NCBI RefSeq assembly: GCF_964355755.1
Contig: NC_092676.1
Coordinates: 1,555,788-1,619,787 of the forward strand
Origin: Antedon mediterranea
Taxonomy: Eukaryota > Animalia > Echinodermata
Length of the DNA: 64,000 bases
Direction of reading: 5' to 3'
Shown in pieces: positions 1 through 41,903 of the stretch. Position numbers and translations under genes: made by a program. The notes below the pieces were generated by a model. That model saw nothing but the letters and a program-made list of their open reading frames with translations. It was not told where the DNA came from and did no database searches. Position 1 is the first letter of the stretch; each line of letters begins with the position of its first letter.

Positions 1-14
1 TACTTGCCACTTAA

Positions 15-3000
15 GAGCCATTGTCTGTAAGAATCAAAGAAATATCAAAAAGAGTGGCAGACTAAAAAAAAATGGATTTCTTTCAAATTTTGCATATGGC
101 TATATATGTGTTGAGAGAAATCAAATATGAAGTATTTTTTATTTCACACGTATATTTCCATGGCAACGGCCAAATTTGTGTTTTTGACAAATTTTGTCCT
201 TTTTTAAGGTTTTTAAAAATGGATATTGGTACTACTTTGATGAACGATATTTTTGTTTTGTTCATTTAATTATAAAAAATAATTAGTGTATGCATAATAA
301 CAATGCATTGTGTACCTGTTTCAAATTTTTTAATTTTTTTTAATTTCATACTTTGGGAGATACCATTTATTTAAAAAGGGGTGTTTTTCACTTTATTTAA
401 ATTGTTCAATGCAACTAAACTTTACTTCACCATAACGCCCAAAGTGGTGTATTTTTTTAGCTGATTTATTACAAATAGGTAGTTCTAATGTTTAATAATT
501 GATTTCTAAAATAAAATACTGGGGTAAATTTAAAATCTACAAGCAGTGTTGCGAGAAACATAGGCATTTTTATAAAAAAAAAACATGGTATATTAGTAAA
601 AACATTTTATTTTCTTTGATTATTTGATTTGAAACTCATTGGTCAGACAAATTCTTAATGTTTTATATAGTTCTAGTTGTGTTGTGAAAAAAAAAAAAAA
701 TTTTAATTATAGATTCTGTAATTCCCAGTTTTAATGTCATTTTATAGGTTATATCCTCTGGAAATTTGAATAAATTATCAGATCATAAATCGTCAGATTA
801 CTCCTCTTTTATTTTGAAGCTCCTCTTTCATTTGTTTACTTCTTTTATTTGCTAACCTAAGCAGATCCCACATGCCCATCCACCACCACTTTCGACTACC
901 ACCCCTCCCCCCCCCCACCCCGACTATAACCACAAAAAGATAAACTGCAACACTTTGGTCGATCATCCACTATAGAGTGTCAAATGCATGCATTCAAGCA
1001 CCACCCACACTGCCGCTACTATCGCCCCAATGAATAGACCCTCGCCTTCAACCCCCTAACTATTTAAAAGTCCTGGATCCACCACTTTCCCCTCCCCAAA
1101 ATAGAACCAATCAAAAGTCAATGATATACTCAGGTATGTTAATGCTACATAACAAATATTGAAGCCCTGATTTGAAATTTCATTTCATTTAAGGTCAGCA
1201 TGTAAAATATCACACTTTATTATTAAATATTAGTTTTAAATTCTATATTTTTTTTACTGTCATGGTTGGATTCAGTATTAATTATTAATTAATAATTATC
1301 TGATAATTATTTAATTTCCCTTAGTTATGCATAGCAACAGTTACTATGGTAACTAAAATTGAGATATTCTTTAGATTTTGCATATTTATCTTATACAAAT
1401 TTAAATTTGTAGATTATTAGCGCAGCAGGCATGCCTTATTTGCATTTTCAAATTACCGTTTCACAAGGTCATATTCGTAAGCACTTTCTTCTGTGATTAT
1501 TTTTATTCATGAAAACCCCATATTTTATTTACAGCGGCCACCTCCCTTAACGGACGCACTTTGAAAAGTCTGTTTGTTGTTCCTATCTAATTAGTGCATT
1601 TGGTGCTTACCGTAAGCAGCTGCGGGCACCTTTTTATACAAAAAATGAGATTTTTTGTAAGCGGCCAATCGAAAAATGTGATACTTATTGCATGGACCTA
1701 TGAATTAGAGGTGCATGTTTATTGTATTTCTTTATATATTAGCTTTATTTTGAAGAGGTTTTAAAAACATTACTGTGAAGAGATGAGAAAACTACAAAGA
1801 TTTTGACCGACCATTTTTCATATGATAAAAGTTTTTAAAATTTGTCTGAAAATGCTAAAAAATACTAAACCACCTGATTATAAATAATAATAGGCCTACA
1901 ATTATAAGCGGCCACTTTTCCAGGTCCCGAGGGTGGCCACTTACGGGAGGTTCAACTGTATTTAAAAAAACAATTATCCTTAGTTATGCATAGAAACAGG
2001 TTCTAAGATAACATAAATAATACATTTTGACATAACTGACCCAGCAAATGACCCTTTCACAAGGTCAGACATTTTCTGGGATCATTCAGTAGATAAGTAA
2101 ATTTGGGAAAAAGTAGTAAAGCTATGTAATCAATTGTTTGTAGTCATGAAACCCCATATTAAAAATATTGTACTTAGTTAGGTATAGAAACAGTTGCTAC
2201 AATACACTATAGGTAAAATGTTGATGTCATTTGACCTCAATATGTAAAAAAAATCATTAGTTACGTAAACAAATTTAAGATAACACTAAAGGTCATTTTT
2301 TTACCTTTATTCAGATTCGTCAAGACTTTCTTTCTGAGATTATTAGGATTCAGTATTTAAAGTAAATTTGGCAAAAAGTAGAAATGTAAAACTATGTAGA
2401 AAAAATGTTTTGTATTTATGAAAAACCCCTTATTTTTTTGGAAATTTTCGCATAGAAACAGTTACTATGGTTTGACCTCAAAATGAATGAATTTACAAGG
2501 TCAAGTTTGTCATTAATGGAATGCAGTAGAAGTAAAATTGAGAAAAATTACAAATGCAATCAATTCTTTGTATTTATAAAAACGCCATTTTTTACGTTTT
2601 TTTTAAAATTACTTTCCTTAGTTACACATAGAAATGGTTGCTAAGGTAACACTATAGGTAAAATATGAAAATTGTTGAGAATTGTTATGAACTATCTTGT
2701 AAATTTTGATCAAACATTAATAGTTGTAGTAAAGTGGGGACCTGTCCTGTTTTGCATTCTGACCCCTTTTGACCTCAAATAACCTATTTACAACGTCAGA
2801 TTTTTTGGGAGGTCTTTCTGTATCTCTTTACACAAAATAGATTAAAAAATTTATAAAAACCATTGACGCAATTATTTCCAAGTTTAACATTATTTTCCAT
2901 CAACTAAATATTTCAATGCAAAATACTGTTTTTCTGGCAATTAATTGAAATAAACCTGGCAACACATTCTCCTATTTTATCTAAACTATTCGTATGACTC

Positions 3001-3648
3001 TAGTAGCATTATGACAAGCCACATATACATTTTATTATTGGATTAGCCATATTTAAATTGTGTTTCATGTGTTTTGTTTGTTTATATTTTGTTATATTTT
3101 TTGTATTTTTCGTATTTTCCTGGCAACACAAAACCTATGTACGAAATTTACCCCAGTGTTTTTTTCGTGATTATTGTTGACAAACTTATTGACTATCAAA
3201 TTAAAAAACCTCATAGATTTAAAAACACCACTTTGGAAGTTATAGGTACGGTTATGTATACTTTTATAAAAAAAATATTTTTTAAAAACACCCCTTTTTA
3301 AAATAATGGTATCAACCAAACTCCATTTTGTAATTTATTTTTTTTCTACATTAAATGGAACTCAATACATGTTGATTACACTGCTATAAACTAAAACTGT
3401 ATACTGTAAGTATTTTTGGTTAAAATAAGTATACAAGTTTGTACTTTTTCACTATAGAAAATCTGTGAAAAATGGCAAAAACATCAACATTTTGATAATT
3501 GACCGTTGTCATGGCAACGGAGGCTAAAAATTACAATGAATGTTGTAGATATGCTTTTTATTGAAATGTCTATTCATGGTAAAAATTTGAGAGAAATCCA
3601 TTTTTTTACATCTGCCACCAAATCTTTGATTTTTACAGACAATGGCTC
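15..3648. mobile_element. Non-autonomous Kolobok-like DNA transposon, 3.6 kb, long imperfect TIRs
   Basis: TTAA at 11-14 and 3649-3652; termini GAGCCATTGTCTGTAA / TTACAGACAATGGCTC. Inverted similarity extends ~550 bp (e.g. AAAAAGGGGTGTTTTT ~373 vs AAAAACACCCCTTTTT ~3284; CTGGGGTAAATTT ~519 vs AAATTTACCCCAG ~3144). No transposase ORF. TTAA TSD with purine-purine start fits Kolobok. Confidence 0.75.
1531..1958. mobile_element. Tc1/mariner-type MITE nested in the Kolobok-like element
   Basis: TA-CAG...CTG-TA ends; subterminal GCGGCCACCTCCCTTAA vs GTGGCCACTTACGGGAGG; repeated AAGCGGCCA motifs. Confidence 0.55.
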
Positions 3649-4360
3649 TTAATGGGCTATGTTCTGTTTAGTATAGTTTTACTAAACAAATTGTGTTTTA
3701 TGAAAAAGTATTTTATAACAGAACTGATTGTATTCTTACTATTTGATTGGTTAATTACACAACATGTGCCGTTATATTGTAATAATGAATGATGAATGTC
3801 ACAATTGAACGTTCAGCTTTTGTAAAATATAGATACTTTTCTGCAGTGCAGATGACAATGACACATTAAATAATTTTCTTTGTGATTGTTTTCTTTCTTT
3901 TCCTTTCTGTTTTCTGTTTTTTTTTTTGTCATTTTATAAGTGAAAACATTACATTCAGAAGTGATGGCCTATATATATTCAAAGTTTACTGCATAAAAGA
4001 AGAACATTACTTGTTATAAGGCATTATTCGCGCTCCATACACCTGAATTCCTAGCGTTCTTCGGTAGTTGATAGATCACTCAGCGACCGGGACGCAGCGG
4101 GACTAACACCTTTCAACTATCACCCATCGACCGACCGAAGCCACTTTTTATTAGCCTAGCGCAACGGGCTAAATTTGTAATTTTTATAAAAGAAAATTAA
4201 TTACCCAGTTTTCTTCAATATTTTCTGCATTACATGATTCATTTTTTCTTATAAAACTCTTGTAAAGCTGCTAATGTAGCGGCAGAGAGCTGCGGAATAT
4301 CATCATCATCGGCGGACATCACACACATCGTGTGGTGAATGTCTATGTTCGCCTTTACAT

Positions 4361-5842
4361 CAGCGTTGCCAGCGATAAAATTTAAATTATGCCGTATCCT
4401 GTCTCAAATAATGCCAGATTGGGAAAAATAATGCCAGATCCCCAAAATGTGGTCCTAAACAGCGCCACCAACGGTTGTATGTCTAATAAACGTTTGTAAA
4501 ACCCCAACTGACACAAAATAGGGCCTAAATTGTATCCCTATGTCGTTCAAAAATTGTATTTTTAGTTTTGTGAGTAATAACTAATAATTCTAAAAATATC
4601 TGGGGTGCGAAAATGGTAATTGCAAATGACACAAACACCAACCCACGAACCCTTCTCCCCCCACCCCCCCCCCCCCCCAAAAAAAAAAACCTGTTACAGC
4701 CATGGAAATTTAGAATTTTTGAGCTGAATATGAGAGCTGCTCGATATTTGCACTTAATTTCAAATATGAAAGGATCTTAGCCCACGTCACCATAATTAGA
4801 AAATGGCAATTATAATTTAAAATAGGAAATTAAAATATATATTAAGTGTCTCCAGGACCTTAGCTCCACCATGGCTGGTGCTGAGGTAAGAAAATTTGGA
4901 AAAATAGAGCTGCTCAATGGGCGGAAATGGCACTTAATTTCAAATATGAAATAAAAATATATTTATTAGTACCTCCAGGATCTTAGCCCATCATAGTTTT
5001 GAAAATGGCAATTATAATTTAAAATAGAAAATAAAAATATATATTAAGTGTCTCCATGACCTCAGCCCCACAATGGTTGGGGCTGAGGTAAAAAAAAATG
5101 GAAAAATAGAGCTGCTCGATGGGCGGAGATGGCACTTAATTTTAAATAAAAATTACCTCGCCCACATGGTCACTACTGGGGCTGAGAGGTGAAGAACATT
5201 TGGAAAAATAGGGTTAGTTGCTACGACGATGCAAATGGAACATAATTTGAAATATGGAAAACAAATTCTCCTAGAAGAAATTCTTTTTAAAATTAGAGCT
5301 TCTAATTAGTTACTGGAAATTGCCATTTCAAGGGTTGGGGTAGGGGTGCGGCCACTTATAATTATGAACTGAAACAACAAAACCCCTTTCATAATGTTTT
5401 CGTTCAATTGTCTCTATATTCTGGGGATCCAATAACCTGCATGGTCTCTGAAATAGAGCAACATAATTGGCCAATAGCTAGCCTCTTCGGATTTGCTGTG
5501 CTGCCTATATCGCACACATGGTAGTTTTCGAGCAGCCTTCCTATCCGAAGAGTCTATTTAAGTCCGAAACAAAAGGATGGAAGAACTATTGTACCGAAAA
5601 CCCGAACAGATCTGTTTTGTACGATATGATATTGTGTAAGGTGATGATATGTATTAAATTGCAAGATTAACAAAATATTTTATTTTTGTTCTGTGGTATA
5701 TTATTTTTTTGGTTGTTCAAAAAACACAAAATTATGCCAGATTATGCTAAAAACGGCTAAATAATGCCGCGGCATTATGCCAGATGCCATGGGCCTCTAA
5801 ATAATGCCAAAAAGCATAATAATGCCAGAAATGGCAACTATG
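4361..5842. mobile_element. Non-autonomous hAT-like transposon
   Basis: Perfect 8-bp TSD CTTTACAT (4353-4360 and 5843-5850); TIR CAGCGTTGCCA / TGGCAACTATG; subterminal ATAATGCC(AGA) arrays at both ends; internal ~200-bp tandem duplications at ~4720-5200. Confidence 0.8.
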
Positions 5843-6299
5843 CTTTACATGAATATGGAACGCCGAAAGTGACATTCATGATAGCAGCAAAAACAAATGG
5901 ACCGTCAAAACTTTGCAACCAAAATTAGACCCTTCTCTCCTTCTAGTCAAGATTTCACTCCAGCCTCTTTTCTCCAGAAGTAAAATAATTTCAACATTTT
6001 CAAAATTCACTACTTTAAAAATCATGTTCAAATTAGAGAAAATCATATAACATTATCTTTTGAAATGCTTTCAATTAAGAATAAAATAATGCATACATTT
6101 CCCACTATGGTGGAACTTTTTACAGGTGCTAATACATTATGCGTGTTTGATTGGTCGGTAAACAAGCTCCTCAAACTGCTCGCAAAAAATCTACTAGCAG
6201 CGCTATTATAGAAACAGAGAGGAACTACATCTGCTCAAAACAAATCAGTCGGATAGGTTATGTTATGGTAATAATACCTTATCTCCATTTCATACACAG

Positions 6300-9200
6300 C
6301 TAGGCTTCCTCTAGCTGTGTGAGCTATGTTCCCAACATACTGGTTCCAATGTACAACACAGTCATATTTATATATCTAGGCTTGCTCTAGCTGTGTGAGC
6401 TATGTTCCCAACATACTGGTTCCAATGTACAACACAGTCATATTTATACATCTAGGCTTCCTCTAGCTGTGTGAGCTATGTTCCCAACATACTGGTTCCA
6501 ATGTACAACACAGTCATATTTATACATCTAGGCTTCCTCTAGCTGTGTGAGCTATGTTCCCAACATACTGGTTCCAATGTACAACACAGTCATATTTATA
6601 CATCTAGGCTTCCTCTAGCTGTGTGAGCTATGTTCCCAACATACTGGTTCCAATGTACAACACAGTCATATTTATACATCTAGGCTTGCTCTAGCTGTGT
6701 GAGCTATGTTCCCAACATACTGGTTCCAATGTACAACACAGTCATATTTATATATCTAGGCTTCCTCTAGCTGTGTGAGCTATGTTCCCAACATACCGGT
6801 TCCAATGTACAACACAGTCATATTTATACATCTAGGCTTGCTCTAGCTGTGTGAGCTATGTTCCCAACATACTGGTTCCAATGTACAACACAGTCATATT
6901 TATATATCTAGGCTTGCTCTAGCTGTGTGAGCTATGTCCCAACATACTGGTTCCAATGTACAACACAGTCATATTTATACATCTAGGCTTCCTCTAGCTG
7001 TGTGAGCTATGTTCCCAACATACCGGTTCCAATGTACAACACAGTCATATTTATACATCTAGGCTTCCTCTAGCTGTGTGAGCTATGTCCCAACATACTG
7101 GTTCCAATGTACAACACAGTCATATTTATATATCTAGGCTTCCTCTAGCTGTGTGAGCTATGTTCCCAACATACTGGTTCCAATGTACAACACAGTCATA
7201 TTTATATATCTAGGCTTGCTCTAGCTGTGTGAGCTATGTCCCAACATACTGGTTCCAATGTACAACACAGTCATATTTATACATCTAGGCTTCCTCTAGC
7301 TGTGTGAGCTATGTTCCCAACATACCGGTTCCAATGTACAACACAGTCATATTTATACATCTAGGCTTCCTCTAGCTGTGTGAGCTATGTCCCAACATAC
7401 CGGTTCCAATGTACAACACAGTCATATTTATACATCTAGGCTTCCTCTAGCTGTGTGAGCTATGTCCCAACATACCGGTTCCAATGTACAACACAGTCAT
7501 ATTTATACATCTAGGCTTGCTCTAGCTGTGTGAGCTATGTCCCAACATACTGGTTCCAATGTACAACACAGTCATATTTATACATCTAGGCTTCCTCTAG
7601 CTGTGTGAGCTATGTCCCAACATACCGGTTCCAATGTACAACACAGTCATATTTATACATCTAGGCTTGCTCTAGCTGTGTGAGCTATGTCCCAACATAC
7701 TGGTTCCAATGTACAACACAGTCATATTTATACATCTAGGCTTCCTCTAGCTGTGTGAGCTATGTCCCAACATACCGGTTGTACAGTACAACACAGTCAT
7801 ATTTATACATCTAGGCTTCCTCTAGCTGTGTGAGCTATGTCCCAACATACCGGTTCCAATGTACAACACAGTCATATTTATACATCTAGGCTTCCTCTAG
7901 CTGTGTGAGCTATGTCCCAACATACTGGTTCCAATGTACAACACAGTCATATTTATATATCTAGGCTTCCTCTAGCTGTGTGAGCTATGTCCCAACATAC
8001 CGGTTGTACAGTACAACACAGTCATATTTATACATCTAGGCTTGCTCTAGCTGTGTGAGCTATGTTCCCAACATACCGGTTCCAATGTACAACACAGTCA
8101 TATTTATACATCTAGGCTTGCTCTAGCTGTGTGAGCTATGTCCCAACATACCGGTTCCAATGTACAACACAGTCATATTTATATATCTAGGCTTCCTCTA
8201 GCTGTGTGAGCTATGTCCCAACATACCGGTTGTACAGTACAACACAGTCATATTTATATATCTAGGCTTCCTCTAGCTGTGTGAGCTATGTTCCCAACAT
8301 ACTGGTTCCAATGTACAACACAGTCATATTTATATATCTAGGCTTCCTCTAGCTGTGTGAGCTATGTCCCAACATACCGGTTGTACAGTACAACACAGTC
8401 ATATTTATATATCTAGGCTTCCTCTAGCTGTGTGAGCTATGTCCCAACATACTGGTTCCAATGTACAACACAGTTATATTTATACATCTAGGCTTGCTCT
8501 AGCTCTGTGAGCTATGTTCCCAACATACTGGTTCCAATGTACAACACAGTCATATTTATATATCTAGGCTTCCTCTAGCTGTGTGAGCTATGTCCCAACA
8601 TACCGGTTGTACAGTACAACACAGTCATATTTATATATCTAGGCTTCCTCTAGCTGTGTGAGCTATGTCCCAACATACCGGTTGTACAGTACAACACAGT
8701 CATATTTATATATCTAGGCTTCCTCTAGCTGTGTGAGCTATGTTCCCAACATACTGGTTCCAATGTACAACACAGTCATATTTATATATCTAGGCTTGCT
8801 CTAGCTGTGTGAGCTATGTTCCCAACATACTGGTTCCAATGTACAACACAGTCATATTTATACATCTAGGCTTCCTCTAGCTGTGTGAGCTATGTTCCCA
8901 ACATACTGGTTCCAATGTACAACACAGTCATATTTATACATCTAGGCTTCCTCTAGCTGTGTGAGCTATGTTCCCAACATACTGGTTCCAATGTACAACA
9001 CAGTCATATTTATACATCTAGGCTTCCTCTAGCTGTGTGAGCTATGTTCCCAACATACTGGTTCCAATGTACAACACAGTCATATTTATACATCTAGGCT
9101 TGCTCTAGCTGTGTGAGCTATGTCCCAACATACCGGTTCCAATGTACAACACAGTCATATTTATACATCTAGGCTTGCTCTAGCTGTGTGAGCTATGTCC

Positions 9201-9468
9201 CAACATACCGGTTCCAATGTACAACACAGTCATATTTATACATCTAGGCTTGCTCTAGCTGTGTGAGCTATGTCCCAACATACCGGTTCCAATGTACAAC
9301 ACAGTCATATTTATACATCTAGGCTTGCTCTAGCTGTGTGAGCTATGTTCCCAACATACTGGTTCCAATGTACAACACAGTCATATTTATATATCTAGGC
9401 TTCCTCTAGCTGTGTGAGCTATGTTCCCAACATACTGGTTCCAATGTACAACACAGTCATATTTATAC
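6300..9468. repeat. Tandem satellite, 76/77-bp unit, ~41 copies
   Basis: Unit CTAGGCTTCCTCTAGCTGTGTGAGCTATGT(T)CCCAACATACTGGTTCCAATGTACAACACAGTCATATTTATACAT, near-identical copies with about 5 variable sites. Confidence 0.98.
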
Positions 9469-9484
9469 AGTATAACTTTTGTAT

Positions 9485-9490
9485 TTTATT
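9485..9490 (-). terminator. Candidate ATM polyadenylation signal AATAAA
   Basis: TTTATT on the + strand ~620 bp past the ATM stop; a second candidate lies at ~9567. Confidence 0.4.
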
Positions 9491-10108
9491 TCAAAATGTA
9501 TATAATTACTAAACAATACATAATAAAGTGACTTATTAAATTGCTTTTGAATCAATAAAACATGTGTTTATTTCTAATAGATATTCAAACCTGACCTGAT
9601 TAAGGTCAATGGAACTGTTAGTATGTCAATGATGAAATATACAAAACATTGTTTTCATCCAGTGTTAGCTAGTATCACATATATGAAAGCTATTTAAAAA
9701 TGAATGTTCATACGTAATTGTACAATGAAGATTATAATATATTAGACGATTCTACATTAAAAAAAATTTGGTTTGATATTTGATCATATTGCCAACTTTG
9801 TATGTAATATTAAAAGCACCAATTTGCTAGCGCAAGCCTACTGCTATACACTAAGATGCTATTCAACAGTAGTATTGTGGGAACTTCTACAAACTTACTT
9901 TACACAAAGGAAGGTTGGTTGCTGAGGTTTATTGTACTGGACATGACAGTAAATCAAGTTCCAGAATTAACCGTAGCACTTTAAAGCCAAAGATTACACT
10001 AAAATACTGTCCTACTAGATGTCAACTGGGCTCATTTTGTACCAGCCCATTGGCCACAACCATGCGTCAATTGACTAGCCTGAGTAGACTGACCATTAAA
10101 CTTAGCAC

Positions 10109-39375
<29,267 letters not shown>

Positions 39376-39879
39376 GATGAAAACGATCCTACCAATTTTT
39401 GAAAGAAAAAATAGAAAACAATTTTTTTATTTTTTTTTATTTTTTATTTACAACAATACTGACATTATTATTGTAAAATGCATTATTTCTTTTCATCATT
39501 TTAATTTTTTATTCTTTCACATACAAATAGCATATGTTTTAGCAATCCTATTACTTGGCCTGCCACTAGGAGTAGGCGGAGTAGTATTTGCAGCCACAAC
39601 CTCTCGTTTTCTCTCAGTAGTCAGGTTGTTGACAATTGACACCAACCAATCAAGGTCACTAACCTAACAAGAACTACTAGTACTACTAAGCCTAGAGGTT
39701 AGGCCTACCACTCCATGCTACTACTGTACTGGCACTACATAATTAGCCTATCTTGAACATTTATAGAGTCGCCTAGTTTTTCTAGTTTATATTTTAAACA
39801 TGTATTAATAATTATTACCTGTGTTACCTAAGTGTAAAGTCAATTTTTGGTTAAAACATTTGTTTACGAAACCTATCGT

Positions 39880-40090
39880 CTGCCTTGTGTGAGCGCACAT
39901 GTTTTTACTTGTTTTGGAAATTTCCAAATGAAATGCTGCCACCTATTGATGAAAATAATTTTGAAGCTCTACGCGCAATTATTCTGCGCATTTAGTAACC
40001 AAACAAGACAATTCGAGGGCTAGCTGTCTGCCAAAAACGGCATTTTATTTGTGGAAATTCTAGATTTTTTTCTTAAATTTTTGCCGTAAA
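39880..40090. promoter_or_regulatory. Putative bidirectional promoter ATM/MYCBP
   Basis: Divergent genes with start codons 725 bp apart. The ATM ATG exon is preceded by an acceptor, with a probable non-coding exon donor at ~39818. Locally CpG-containing. Confidence 0.55.
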
Positions 40091-40099
40091 TTATAGAAT

Positions 40100-40969
40100 A
40101 TGACATTTAGAGTATGAATATATTCAATTTTGTTACTTTTCGTTTAATTACTTTAGTAAATAAGGCATTTTAAGCTAGGCTTACAGAAAATACACAGGAG
40201 AATCCACCACCACACTGACTGACTCTGAGCGGCCAGGGCACTCACTACACTTTAGGCCTGTTTTTCAAGTTTTACTAGGCCTAGGCTAAGTATTATTCTC
40301 TAGACTACTAAGCTATATAATGATTAAATGGAATCATAAAAATAATCAAATAACAACAACTTTATTTTTTTAGCCTGCAGACTCGAAAAGAGAAGAGTTC
40401 AGGAAATACCTTGAGAAATCTGGTGTTCTTGATACTTTGACGAAGGTACTTGTCGGTCTTTATGAAGAACCAGAAAAACCAAGCAACGCATTGGAGTATC
40501 TTTTACAATTTAGCTGTGAAATCGCTTGCATGACTATTTTTAAATGTTTTTTCTAGAGCATACATCATACAAAAGCAGTTTTGATATACAAAATGTTTTT
40601 TTTTAATGTATCAATGTTTATTTTTCCTTTATTCAAATGTTTACCAGCTTTTTAAAACTCCATATTGGTAACACAGGACCACAAACTGCAGATGTTGAGG
40701 CACTTAGACTTGAGGTCACTGAACTTAGACAGAAAGTAGAACAGTTGACTGAAGAGAATGCTGAATTAAGAGCAAAGGTTTCTACCCTTTTCCATATTTG
40801 ACAGTTGGATTTGGACATATAAATCAAATGTCAAATTAAAAGTTCGGAAAGATATTTAGAAAAGATAAGATATATCGTTTTTAATTTTTGCAACTAAATT
40901 TACCAAAAAGACTTTTTTTTACAGCTTCCACCAGAATCGCAAGATGCAGATGAACCTACCGAAAGCTGA
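40100..40969 (+). CDS. MYCBP: c-Myc-binding protein (AMY-1), 4 coding exons
   Basis: Exons 40100-40111, 40374-40495, 40648-40777, 40925-40969 give MTFRPADSKREEFRKYLEKSGVLDTLTKVLVGLYEEPEKPSNALDFLKLHIG...ELRAKLPPESQDADEPTES*. Absent from the ORF track because the exons are short. Confidence 0.95.
40496..40647 (+). other. U12-type (minor spliceosome) GT-AG intron
   Basis: 5' site GTATCTTTT; branch-like TTCCTTTAT ~15 nt upstream of CAG; no long polypyrimidine tract; the reading frame requires exactly these junctions. Confidence 0.8.
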
Positions 40970-41724
40970 AAAGACTTCAACAACATTCCATCTGTCCAGC
41001 TACTGTCTGTCTCCGTCACTCTCACTCTAGACTTCCTCTGACCCTGTTAATTTTGTGCATCAAACGTGTTTTATTTTAAAATAAATACATTTTGTAATGG
41101 TTTCAGTTTAAGTAGAAAGTAATTGTGCAAAGATTTCCTAATAAAAGCAAATGAAATATATTTTTATTTTAATATATGCATTTTTGATTCAAATTAAAAC
41201 ACCCAATGTTTAGCTATTTTATGGAGTTTGTTATTTAGGATGCACAACTGGTTAAGTTTGTTTGATATTATTGTAGAGATAGAAATGTTATGCTAGTTTT
41301 TTCTTTAATTGTGTAGAAGTTAGTTTAGTAGGAAACATAACATTTTATGTAGATTGTTAAATAGAAAAAAGTAGAAAACATTTAATTGATTTAATATTGA
41401 AAATAAAAAGGAACTATACAAAAGAATTGAATGTGTGGCGTTATATTTGTGCGTTTTTCGGCTTAATTTAAAAGAAAAATGTTGCCACACATGAATTAAA
41501 AAAAATCTTGTGACAAGCAGTCTATTTTACAGGCCTAATAAAAAAAACCACATCTTTCCATACACACTTAGTACATATTTTTATTATCAATAATTTTTAA
41601 TCTTATTACTAAATAAATATATTTATATAGAAGTGCAAATATCCACTGTAAAATTCGATCAAAAAATAAAAATCGTATTTAACTGTGATTTTAGAAAAAA
41701 ACCCACCCACAGACTCTTGCCTAA

Positions 41725-41875
41725 AGCATGGTTCCCACTAGTAATGCATTGCAAGAAAATGCCCTTTCTATATTTGTGTTTGCCCCCACTTGCGATGTTT
41801 GCAGCACTGTTTTGACGTTAGTTCCCACTTGTTATTACGCATTACAGCACGTTGCATGCTAGTGGGAGCCACGCT
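41725..41875. mobile_element. PIF/Harbinger-type MITE (family C) in the probable ABCB7 3' UTR
   Basis: TAA-AGCATGGTTCCCACTAG ... CTAGTGGGAGCCACGCT-TAA. Confidence 0.75.
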
Positions 41876-41903
41876 TAAATGTACCAATATTGTCGTGCAT
41901 TCA

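Noticed and set aside
72-3319. Short ORFs within the Kolobok-like arms as a transposase
   Set aside because: 60-75 aa, low-complexity AT-rich translations with no DDE or THAP motifs.
6300-9468. CRISPR array or hammerhead-ribozyme satellite
   Set aside because: No unique spacers, no cas genes, eukaryotic context; no CTGANGA/GAAA hammerhead core seen in the monomer on either strand.
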